Below are positions 30,107 to 37,382 of a stretch of DNA of 63,574 bases, one piece after another. The position numbers were made by a program, and so were the translations under genes. The stretch covers positions 1 to 63,574 of IMG/VR virus record IMGVR_UViG_3300042400_001354. One strand, 5' to 3'. This stretch comes from a virus (taxonomy: Duplodnaviria > Caudoviricetes). Below the pieces are notes generated by a model. That model saw nothing but the letters and a program-made list of their open reading frames with translations. It searched no databases and was not told the origin of the DNA. Position 1 is the stretch's first letter; each line of letters starts with the position of its first letter.

Positions 30107-31045
30107 CTATTTAAATTCCAAATCTACCATACATTCAGTAAAAAATGCCATTAAATTAATTTCATGATCAACAACAAAAGCTGTTTGGTATTGATATTTA
30201 CCAATCAATAAAACTAATGGTGGAACAGAACTTGGTTTCAAAATTTCATTCATATTATCATATAATTTTCGATAAATTGTATGACTATCATTATCTAAAT
30301 TATCAATAACCCATTTTCTAACATTAATAAAATCTTTTTCTTTCATTGCTTTTATTAATGGAGTAATATTTACATCAGAAACTTGAGCTAATAATCCAGC
30401 ATCAATAACTCCACCCATAGAATAACGTTGCAACTCATTTAATACTCTACGATTATCTGGATAATATTTTGCAACTACCTGAGCAACAACTTCTTTATTA
30501 TATGTAACGTTTTCTTGATCAAGAATAAAACAAACCCGTTTTAAAAATCGACCCATTAATTTTTGTTTATCTTCTTTAGCAATTTTCACATCAACCACAG
30601 AACATCTAGAATGTAGCGGTTCGATGATACGATTTTTATAATTGCAAGTAAAAATAAAAGAACAGTTAATTGAAAATTCTTCAATAGCGTTACGAAGCGC
30701 TGGTTGCAAAGAATTTGCATTAAGATAATCTGCTTCATCTATAATAATCACTTTACGCCCACCAGATAATGAAACTGATGATGCATAATTTTTAATTTTA
30801 CCCCTCAGAACATCAATACCATTTTCATCAGATCCATTAATGATGATATAGTCACAACCTACTTCTTTACATAACGCTTTTGCAATAGTAGTTTTACCAA
30901 CACCTGCTGAACCAGCGATTAATAGATTAGGAATTTTACCTTGATTAGCAAATTCTTGAAAAGTAGATTTGATCGATTCAGGAAGAACACAATCAGCAAT
31001 TTTCTCAGGACGATATTTTTCGCACCACAACATTTGTTCACGCAT
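30107..31045 (-). CDS. gp44: clamp loader large subunit
   Basis: WCEKYRP, GVGKTT, DEADYL, LHSRC. Confidence 0.96.
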   Translation of the reverse strand: MREQMLWCEKYRPEKIADCVLPESIKSTFQEFANQGKIPNLLIAGSAGVGKTTIAKALCKEVGCDYIIINGSDENGIDVLRGKIKNYASSVSLSGGRKVIIIDEADYLNANSLQPALRNAIEEFSINCSFIFTCNYKNRIIEPLHSRCSVVDVKIAKEDKQKLMGRFLKRVCFILDQENVTYNKEVVAQVVAKYYPDNRRVLNELQRYSMGGVIDAGLLAQVSDVNITPLIKAMKEKDFINVRKWVIDNLDNDSHTIYRKLYDNMNEILKPSSVPPLVLLIGKYQYQTAFVVDHEINLMAFFTECMVDLEFK

Positions 31046-31069
31046 AATATAATCTCACATTTTAAACAT

Positions 31070-31095
31070 AAAAAAAGGGCGACCCAAGCCACCCT
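31070..31095 (-). terminator. intrinsic terminator
   Basis: AGGGTGGC-TTGG-GTCGCCC followed by a T run. Confidence 0.75.
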
Positions 31096-31106
31096 AAAAT
31101 TTCAAA

Positions 31107-31394
31107 TTATTCAGCTGAATAACCGGATACAATATTTACATATAATTTAGCAAATTCTTTATCTTCAGTATTTTGCTCAGCAAAATTTTGTTTATGATAA
31201 GTTCTAGCTAGACGATTAATAATTTTCTTGGGAAGATCAATCTCATCTTTAATAGAATCGACAATATCCTTTACTGCTAACTTTTCATTATCAACTCGAG
31301 AAAGATGAACTGAAATTTCTTTTAGCCCATCAATTAAAGTTTTTTGTTGTTTTTCGTCTAAAGTACCAAATACAGTTTCAATTGATTGTGACAT
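31107..31394 (-). CDS. dsDNA-binding protein (T4 DsbA-like)
   Basis: KDIVDSIKDE...INRLARTYHKQNF pattern. Confidence 0.7.
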   Translation of the reverse strand: MSQSIETVFGTLDEKQQKTLIDGLKEISVHLSRVDNEKLAVKDIVDSIKDEIDLPKKIINRLARTYHKQNFAEQNTEDKEFAKLYVNIVSGYSAE

Positions 31395-31396
31395 AA

Positions 31397-32080
31397 TTAA
31401 CCTCCAAATTTAGAGGAAGTTTCGATGGTTACCCAGTACTTCAATTCACTTGAAGTTGAAGTCCATGTTGAGATACCTTTACTAGAAATCTCAACATCAT
31501 AAGTATCAGGAATAACTTTTAGATTTTCAGTTTTAAACACCAATTTAAAAACTTTACCTTCTGGGTCGACATCAGCTAGTTCTAACGAGTTTGTATGACT
31601 AGCATCATTAGATTCATCAAAAGTCAATAAATCAACTGTAGTACCATCTGATTCAACAGCAATATGCGGAGCGCCTAATACGCTAGCAGTTTTTAGAACC
31701 CAGTCTAAATCTTCTTTTGAAAAAGTAAATTTAACATCTACTGATGGAAGATTAGGACGTTTATCTGGAGCAACTACAATCATTGATGGATCTGTAATAC
31801 GATATTTAATTTTTGAACGACCACCACGACCTTTAATAATTACATGACTAGAATCAAATTCTAATTCTGAACCTTCTTTGAACAAAGAAGTAACTGAAAG
31901 AAAATTATTTAAATCATAAATCCCGAAATCTTGAGGGATTTCTTCGCTAATAGCAGCATCAGCTAAAATATTTTTCTGAGGACTCATTGTTGAAACGGTA
32001 CTACCCTTTTTAAAGTAAATACCTTGATTGATTGTTGCAAAGTTTTTTAGGATCGCAGTTGTTTCTGGGGAAATTTTCAT
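31397..32080 (-). CDS. gp45: sliding clamp
   Basis: ILKNFATINQGI, FGIYDLNNFL, ENLKVIP. Confidence 0.95.
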   Translation of the reverse strand: MKISPETTAILKNFATINQGIYFKKGSTVSTMSPQKNILADAAISEEIPQDFGIYDLNNFLSVTSLFKEGSELEFDSSHVIIKGRGGRSKIKYRITDPSMIVVAPDKRPNLPSVDVKFTFSKEDLDWVLKTASVLGAPHIAVESDGTTVDLLTFDESNDASHTNSLELADVDPEGKVFKLVFKTENLKVIPDTYDVEISSKGISTWTSTSSELKYWVTIETSSKFGG

Positions 32081-32122
32081 ACTTTATTATCACCTCATGT
32101 TAAAAAATCATTTACATTATAT

Positions 32123-32151
32123 ATTGTACTATATGTTGACTAAAAAGTCAA
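32123..32151 (-). promoter_or_regulatory. sigma70-type promoter for gp45 operon
   Basis: TTGACT-N17-TACAAT, TATAG before -10; TTGACT-AAAA-AGTCAA palindrome over the -35. Confidence 0.75.
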
Positions 32152-32159
32152 ATATTTTT

Positions 32160-32235
32160 TGGTGGGTCTCCTGGGACTCGAACCCAGATCAACCGATTAT
32201 GAGTCGGACGTTCTAAACCTTTGAACTAAAGACCC
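32160..32235 (-). tRNA. tRNA-Ile2 (CAT, lysidine type)
   Basis: Cloverleaf GGGTCTT...GACTCATAATCG...ACCA resembling ileX anticodon arm. Confidence 0.85.
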
Positions 32236-32241
32236 GAAAAT

Positions 32242-32898
32242 TTATTTTTTCATTTTTCTACCTTTTATCCAATTCTCAGGTATCGGATCAGTATTTTTTA
32301 TTTTTTTATTGTCAATTCCGTTCGTTATCCAAATAGACCCAAATTGAGAATTTTTGCAACCTACTTGTTTACCAATAGCGCGTTGTTTCATTTGGAGTTT
32401 AGATTCATCAGTATGAAACTTCCCTTTAAAACTAAAATTTGGGGATAAAGTCATCTCGCCATTTTTCCAACGCTTTTTAGTGTTGTCTCTAAGTTTAATT
32501 TTGACGCTATCTATTTGATATGGATAACAAACTCCATATTTTTTTAATATAGTTTTATCAGCAGTTTTTCTAGCCAGTTTGTTTTTTGAACGCCTAAGAG
32601 TATCATTAGAATTAATATAATCCCAACCACCAAAACCGCCAATCTTCAAATTATATGTATTCTCAGTTGCTAAAAATTCTTCAGTTACAATTTCTGCTTC
32701 TTTTGAATACATATCTTCTTTGTTGTCATAAACAAAAAGTATTTCTTTTTCGAAATTTTTAATTCCATATTTTTGTTGGGCGTATTTCAGGTATTTTCCT
32801 GAACCCATATAATTATCGTCAAGATTTTTGGTCTTATGGCTTCCAATATAGAATTTGCCGTCTATCTTGTTTGAAATTTTATAAATTGTAAAGTACAT
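32242..32898 (-). CDS. GIY-YIG homing endonuclease (SegB-like) in tRNA cluster
   Basis: FTIYKISN...FYIGSH, YMGSG, YNLKIGG, NUMOD3-like HTDESK, WITNG. Confidence 0.9.
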   Translation of the reverse strand: MYFTIYKISNKIDGKFYIGSHKTKNLDDNYMGSGKYLKYAQQKYGIKNFEKEILFVYDNKEDMYSKEAEIVTEEFLATENTYNLKIGGFGGWDYINSNDTLRRSKNKLARKTADKTILKKYGVCYPYQIDSVKIKLRDNTKKRWKNGEMTLSPNFSFKGKFHTDESKLQMKQRAIGKQVGCKNSQFGSIWITNGIDNKKIKNTDPIPENWIKGRKMKK

Positions 32899-32918
32899 AA
32901 ATTTTCTTTAAATACTTT

Positions 32919-32926
32919 TATTTATA
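32919..32926 (-). promoter_or_regulatory. T4-type late promoter for the endonuclease
   Basis: TATAAATA inside palindrome ACTTTTAT-AA-ATAAAAGT. Confidence 0.7.
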
Positions 32927-32953
32927 AAAGTTCGAGTTTCGATACAACTCGAA

Positions 32954-33028
32954 GGGAGCGAGTAAGGGGATTCGAACCCCTACCTTCAGTTTGGAAGACT
33001 GTAATGCTACCATTAACACCATACTCGC
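32954..33028 (-). tRNA. tRNA-Gly (TCC), 3' end reads TCCC rather than TCCA
   Basis: GCGAGTA/TACTCGC acceptor, CT-TCC-AA loop. Confidence 0.9.
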
Positions 33029-33056
33029 AATAACAATTAGAAATTATTTTAAATTT

Positions 33057-33144
33057 TGGCGGAGAGTATTGGACTCGAACCAATACATCGATTTCTCGAT
33101 GACGGTTTAGCAAACCGCTCCATTAACCGTTCTAGCAACTCTCC
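33057..33144 (-). tRNA. tRNA-Ser (GCT)
   Basis: Long variable arm, G73, CCA. Confidence 0.93.
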
Positions 33145-33152
33145 AAAATGTC

Positions 33153-33226
33153 TGGCAGGGTTACGTGGGCTCGAACCACGAACGACAGAATCAAAATCTG
33201 TTGTGTTACCATTACACTATAACCCA
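33153..33226 (-). tRNA. tRNA-Gln (TTG)
   Basis: TT-TTG-AT loop, G73, CCA; U1:U72 mismatch. Confidence 0.9.
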
Positions 33227-33233
33227 ATTAATT

Positions 33234-33323
33234 TGGCGGAAGGTCAGAGATTCGAACTCTGGGAAGGTTTCACCCTTCAACGGTTTTCAAGACCGTCCGT
33301 TTCAGCCGCTCACGCAACCTTCC
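33234..33323 (-). tRNA. tRNA-Ser (TGA)
   Basis: Long variable arm, G73, CCA. Confidence 0.93.
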
Positions 33324-33343
33324 TAATTCTTTATAGACATATT

Positions 33344-33419
33344 TGGGGTGATCGGTGGGACTTGAACCCACAAAATCCTGAATCACAATCAGGGACGTCT
33401 ACCATTCCGTCACGACCAC
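33344..33419 (-). tRNA. tRNA-His (GTG)
   Basis: TT-GTG-AT loop, C73, CCA; base -1 is T. Confidence 0.9.
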
Positions 33420-33437
33420 ACCAAATAGGTCTATGTT

Positions 33438-33514
33438 TGGTACCCATGGTAAGATTCGAACTTACAACAATTGGTTTCTAAGACCAACTCCTCTACCGAT
33501 TGGGATACATGGGC
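33438..33514 (-). tRNA. tRNA-Leu (TAG), short variable loop
   Basis: CT-TAG-AA loop, A73, CCA, 77 nt. Confidence 0.9.
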
Positions 33515-33524
33515 AATAATTTTT

Positions 33525-33615
33525 GCTTATGTTGTTATTGTAATAACAACTCTAGTTGTGGTTTGAGAGGCATCTTATCAGAGTCGAGAAGCACTTACCC
33601 ACCATAGCATAAAGC
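33525..33615 (-). ncRNA. candidate structured small RNA
   Basis: Complementary ends GCTTTATG/CATAAGC, perfect 3' hairpin, GC-richer than spacers, tRNA-sized slot in array. Confidence 0.35.
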
Positions 33616-33629
33616 GATACTATACATTT

Positions 33630-33704
33630 TGGTATCCCGACGGAGAATCGAACTCCGATTGCATGGATGAAAACCATGTGTTCTAACCATTAAACTACCA
33701 GGAT
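33630..33704 (-). tRNA. tRNA-Glu (TTC)
   Basis: CATGG-TT-TTC-AT-CCATG arm, CCA. Confidence 0.9.
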
Positions 33705-33727
33705 AAAATTTATACAGATTTTAAAAT

Positions 33728-33825
33728 AAAAGCCATTTTCTCCATCTCTTGGAATCGAACCAAGCTCATACGGTTTAACAGACCGACCGCAACACCTTGT
33801 GCGTTAGATGGAGAAAATGGCTTTT
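33728..33825. repeat. 20-bp perfect inverted repeat enclosing tRNA-Asn
   Basis: AAAAGCCATTTTCTCCATCT (33728-33747) / AGATGGAGAAAATGGCTTTT (33806-33825). Confidence 0.95.
33740..33812 (-). tRNA. tRNA-Asn (GTT), atypical, no encoded CCA
   Basis: TCCATCT/AGATGGA acceptor, CT-GTT-AA loop, TTCGATT T-loop, G73; A8. Confidence 0.8.
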
Positions 33826-33852
33826 TACATCTTATTCAATGCTAGAGCTATT

Positions 33853-33881
33853 ATTATACTATAGACTATATTAAAAGTCAA
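33853..33881 (-). promoter_or_regulatory. sigma70-type promoter of main tRNA array
   Basis: TTGACT-N17-TATAAT, TATAG before -10. Confidence 0.85.
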
Positions 33882-34504
33882 GCATTATTTACTACAATAT
33901 CTAAAATTTTCAATTCAAGATCACGAAATGATCCATCATTCTCAACAACATGATCAACATGAGGATTACCTATCCACTCATACTCAGATTTATGTATCTT
34001 ATGTTCTAGAGCATATTTTTCCCACTGTGCAGGAATTGTTTTCATACAGCTTTCATGCCATTTCCACCAATCAGGTCGAGTTTCTGTTCTATCAACCTGA
34101 ACCAATAATGAGTTTAGAGATTTAAGAAATCTTATTTCATTATTAAATCTAACATCAGTAATAACAACATTTTCATGTTGAAGAATTTTTCGTTCTAAAC
34201 TATCAACCCATATAGTATCTATAAGGTTATTTCTACAAACTTCAGTTCCAAAAATTTGTAAAATATATCTTGGTGTAATATCTCTATTAAATTTCTCTGA
34301 CCAAAACGGATCAATTATTTCACGAAATTCTCTAGATTCTGTTGTATCACCTTCAAGTAAAGTTCTTTCCCAACCGAAAATAGCAGAAACGCTATCTTTT
34401 AAACTACCCGCAAAAGATAATGGAACAAAATTATGTTCTGTTTCTAAAATTTCACCAACAGTTCCTTTACCTGAACCGATAAAACCCAATAAACCAATAA
34501 TCAT
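33878..34504 (-). CDS. gp1: deoxynucleoside monophosphate kinase
   Basis: GFIGSGKGT, SFAGSLKD, LQIFGTE, ITDVRFNNE, HKSE. Confidence 0.92.
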   Translation of the reverse strand: MIIGLLGFIGSGKGTVGEILETEHNFVPLSFAGSLKDSVSAIFGWERTLLEGDTTESREFREIIDPFWSEKFNRDITPRYILQIFGTEVCRNNLIDTIWVDSLERKILQHENVVITDVRFNNEIRFLKSLNSLLVQVDRTETRPDWWKWHESCMKTIPAQWEKYALEHKIHKSEYEWIGNPHVDHVVENDGSFRDLELKILDIVVNNA

Positions 34505-34686
34505 AATATCACCAATTTAACCAAAATATTTCGTTTTTTCAAACGAACACTTTTAGAAAATTCTCTATCAGAGATCATTTGCTTAAATGAACCTTTATCA
34601 TACATTTTTAAAAAGTTAATTTTAGCATCTAATTCTTTTATTTCAGTATCAACAAATCGAATTTCATCAATTAAAGTTCTATTCAT
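34501..34686 (-). CDS. hypothetical protein
   Basis: Start moved to MNRTLIDE because the longer ORF overlaps a tRNA. Confidence 0.5.
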   Translation of the reverse strand: MNRTLIDEIRFVDTEIKELDAKINFLKMYDKGSFKQMISDREFSKSVRLKKRNILVKLVIL

Positions 34687-34703
34687 AATAAAATACCTAA
34701 AAT

Positions 34704-34779
34704 TGGAAGCGGAGAGTTGGAATTGCACCAACGACCTCTAGGTTATGAGCCTAGCATTCTACTACTGAACTATCCCGCA
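34704..34779 (-). tRNA. tRNA-Met (CAT), initiator-like
   Basis: Unpaired 1:72, CT-CAT-AA loop, TGCAATT T-loop, extra base in acceptor stem, CCA. Confidence 0.8.
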
Positions 34780-34871
34780 ATAATTAATCAGAACTCTTGT
34801 ATATATCTACACTTTGGTAGAAACCTAACAGGTGGCGTACAACTTTCACTGTTTATATTGTACTATTAAAT

Positions 34872-34947
34872 TGGTCTCTCTGCTTCGATTTGAACGAAGG
34901 ACAATGCGCCCCAAACGCATCATGTTACCAGACTACACTACAGAGAG
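34872..34947 (-). tRNA. tRNA-Pro (TGG)
   Basis: C1-G72, A73, ATGCG-TT-TGG-GG-CGCAT. Confidence 0.92.
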
Positions 34948-34973
34948 ATGTTTTACATATTCGTCTATAATTT

Positions 34974-35048
34974 TGGAGCCCCACCCCAGAATCGAACTGA
35001 GATCAGATGATTACAAGTCAACTGTAATAGCCATTATACTAGAAGGGC
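34974..35048 (-). tRNA. tRNA-Thr (TGT)
   Basis: GCC/GGC acceptor top, CT-TGT-AA loop, CCA. Confidence 0.88.
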
Positions 35049-35055
35049 AAAATCT

Positions 35056-35484
35056 TTATGCTAATAAATCTTTAACTAATTTACTAGCAATTGTACCATC
35101 ATATCTACCTAAATATTCCGATTTTAATTTACCCATAATTACTCCCATTGATTTAGGAGATTTTTCAGGTAATTCAGAAATTAAATTATTTATAATTTCT
35201 GTTAATTGAATATCAGTTAGTAGTTCAGGTAAGTATTTATTATAAAGTGAAATTTCAAAATCTAAAAATTCGTTAGAACCTTTAATTTTAATAATTTCTT
35301 CAACACCAACTTTAAATTTTCTGATTACAGCAAGAACTTCTTCGTTGGTGGATTCACAATTACGTTTTGTTTTACCCACCATAGCTGCTTCAGAATAAAG
35401 AGTTGTCAATAAAGTCAACAACCTAGCATCTTTATTACGTCTAGCCGCATCTAAATCATTTCTAATTATACTCAATAAACTCAT
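35056..35484 (-). CDS. GatB/YqeY domain protein
   Basis: AARRNKD..LTLL, YLPELLT, MGVIMGKLK, YDG. Confidence 0.85.
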   Translation of the reverse strand: MSLLSIIRNDLDAARRNKDARLLTLLTTLYSEAAMVGKTKRNCESTNEEVLAVIRKFKVGVEEIIKIKGSNEFLDFEISLYNKYLPELLTDIQLTEIINNLISELPEKSPKSMGVIMGKLKSEYLGRYDGTIASKLVKDLLA

Positions 35485-35492
35485 AATATTCT

Positions 35493-36092
35493 CTAAGGTT
35501 TAACCCAAAACCAGCAATCATGATATGTTATTCGTAAATTTTGATTAATATCGATACCTTGTTCTTGCATAAATTCAAAAACAGCACGTTGAACTTCTTG
35601 TTTATGCCAAGAAAAATCGTGACCAGCAAAAATACCACCAGATTTCACTTTACTATAATAATTTCTAATATCTCTATTAACAGCTTCATAACTATGATCA
35701 CCATCAATAAAAATATAGTCTAACGAGTTATTTGGAATTTTATCTACAGCATCTACAGCTGTCTCATTAATAAACTCAACTCTATCATTAAATGGCGCAA
35801 TATTTTCTAAAAAAACTGCTTTAATTTTGTCGCAATGATCTTGCGACACAAAATTAGTTGGCCCATCTTGATATTCAATATAAGGATCAATAGTGTACAA
35901 TTTAGATAAATTTGGTAAATTTTCTAAAAAATAAACTACATTCGTACCAGCATAACATCCAACTTCACAGCCAATTAAATTTTCTCCATGACATCTTAAT
36001 AAAGGTATTAAACCAATAGCAGAAGTCCAAGGAATTGGCCAGTGCCCCTTTTCTTTTAAAACAGGTACACTATCAAATAAACTAATTTCCAT
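35493..36092 (-). CDS. class I SAM-dependent methyltransferase (Methyltransf_24-like)
   Basis: EVGCYAG, IDPY, YIFIDGDHSYE, GGIFAGHDF. Confidence 0.88.
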   Translation of the reverse strand: MEISLFDSVPVLKEKGHWPIPWTSAIGLIPLLRCHGENLIGCEVGCYAGTNVVYFLENLPNLSKLYTIDPYIEYQDGPTNFVSQDHCDKIKAVFLENIAPFNDRVEFINETAVDAVDKIPNNSLDYIFIDGDHSYEAVNRDIRNYYSKVKSGGIFAGHDFSWHKQEVQRAVFEFMQEQGIDINQNLRITYHDCWFWVKP

Positions 36093-36113
36093 AACATTCC
36101 CTTCAATAAAATT

Positions 36114-36190
36114 TGGCTAAGTATGCGAGAGTCGAACTCGCGATACTGCCGTGCAAGGGCAGCGTTATACCCCCACTTAACTAATTCCCC
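36114..36190 (-). pseudogene. tRNA-Ala (TGC) with mismatched acceptor stem
   Basis: 5' GGGGAAT versus 3' ATACTTA-G-CCA; D, anticodon and T arms intact. Confidence 0.7.
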
Positions 36191-36197
36191 GAAAAAT

Positions 36198-36274
36198 TGG
36201 TACGGATGGACAGACTCGAACTATCACTTGATAGATTTTAAGTCTATTGCCTCTGCCTATTGGGCCACACCCGC
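36198..36274 (-). tRNA. tRNA-Leu (TAA), short variable loop
   Basis: CT-TAA-AA loop, A73, CCA, 77 nt. Confidence 0.9.
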
Positions 36275-36289
36275 ATTACTAATAAAATT

Positions 36290-36375
36290 TGGTGGGTAAG
36301 GTAGGAATCGAACCTACTCAGCCAGTGGCGCGGGATTTACAGTCCCGTGTGACTCTCCAACTTCACCGCTTACCC
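36290..36375 (-). tRNA. tRNA-Tyr (GTA)
   Basis: CT-GTA-AA loop, variable arm, A73, CCA. Confidence 0.92.
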
Positions 36376-36395
36376 TTAATTCAAACTATACATCT

Positions 36396-36424
36396 ATTTT
36401 ACTATAGAATTACTATTTAGTCAA
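36396..36424 (-). promoter_or_regulatory. sigma70-type promoter for Tyr-Leu-Ala tRNA block
   Basis: TTGACT-N17-TAAAAT, TATAG before -10. Confidence 0.8.
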
Positions 36425-36432
36425 GCACTTTT

Positions 36433-37227
36433 TTACAATTCACCAAGATAGTTTGCCACAGCTGGTAAGTTACCTTGGAACATGTAAGTTCCAACATGAA
36501 TAGTGTTAACCCAAGGAGCCATCCATACCTCAAGACCAACTTTTCTACATTGTTGACAAAAATGGTAATCTTCACTTAAAACACGATTAGATTCTTCATC
36601 AATTTCAACATTAAAATATGAATGAATTTTTCTATCACCACCAAAATGTTCTGTTCCAACATGGTCTGGGGTATATTCGTATTGAGGATACGATTCTTTA
36701 AATTTAGCGAACGTTTCTCGTTTTGTCATCATCATACCAGTTCCAATCTCAAGAACTTGTAGAGGTTCTGTTACATTAAAATGTGTCGTTCCAGCAACAG
36801 GATTAAAAACAATATCCCCTCCTAATCTATCCAATTCCCCAGCAGAAATATTTGGATTTTTGATAACCGCCTTTTTAATATTTTCCCATTTAATTGTTTT
36901 TTTCGGGTAAGGAGCACCCATAATATCTTTGTCAATTGCCAACATAGCAATAACATCAATAGCATTAAACCCAATATCTGCGTCAATAAACATTAAGTGG
37001 CTGCAATCTGAACGTAGAAATTCGTCTACAAGATAATTTCTAGCTCGTTGAATTAAACTTTCATTAAATAAAAACGAAAATTTAACATCAACTCCATATT
37101 GAAGACCAAGAGATTGAAGATCTAAACAAGATTTCATATAGGTTCCCAAACAACTACCACCGTACATTGGAGTTGCAACAAATAATTTTTTACCTTCTAA
37201 CGTTTCTTTTGTTAATTTAATTTCCAT
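36433..37227 (-). CDS. GT-A-fold glycosyltransferase-like protein common in T4-like phages
   Basis: ATPMYGG, ESLIQRARN, FIDADI, LSEDYHFC. Confidence 0.78.
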   Translation of the reverse strand: MEIKLTKETLEGKKLFVATPMYGGSCLGTYMKSCLDLQSLGLQYGVDVKFSFLFNESLIQRARNYLVDEFLRSDCSHLMFIDADIGFNAIDVIAMLAIDKDIMGAPYPKKTIKWENIKKAVIKNPNISAGELDRLGGDIVFNPVAGTTHFNVTEPLQVLEIGTGMMMTKRETFAKFKESYPQYEYTPDHVGTEHFGGDRKIHSYFNVEIDEESNRVLSEDYHFCQQCRKVGLEVWMAPWVNTIHVGTYMFQGNLPAVANYLGEL

Positions 37228-37382
37228 ACTATACCTTTCTTTATTAATTATTTTAAAAATATTCTGCTTCTTTTAACGATTTACCTAATAAATCTTTTTT
37301 CGACACAATCACATTACTATGTATATCTAAATTTATATCTGGATCATTATACCAAATTGATCTATCTAAAAAATTGCCATAA

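Noticed and set aside
34780-34871. Possible small structured RNA between tRNA-Pro and tRNA-Met
   Set aside because: Only 4-5 bp stems (TTGTA/TACAA, TCTAC/GTAGA), within chance for AT-rich DNA
32028-35209. ORF-track entries 32028-32216, 32922-33113, 33056-33481 and 34832-35209
   Set aside because: They are shadows of GC-rich tRNA genes, not proteins
35493-36092. Methyltransferase as the DNA C5-MTase partner of the TET enzyme
   Set aside because: No PC or ENV motifs; the FIDGDH pattern fits small-molecule/glycan methyltransferases
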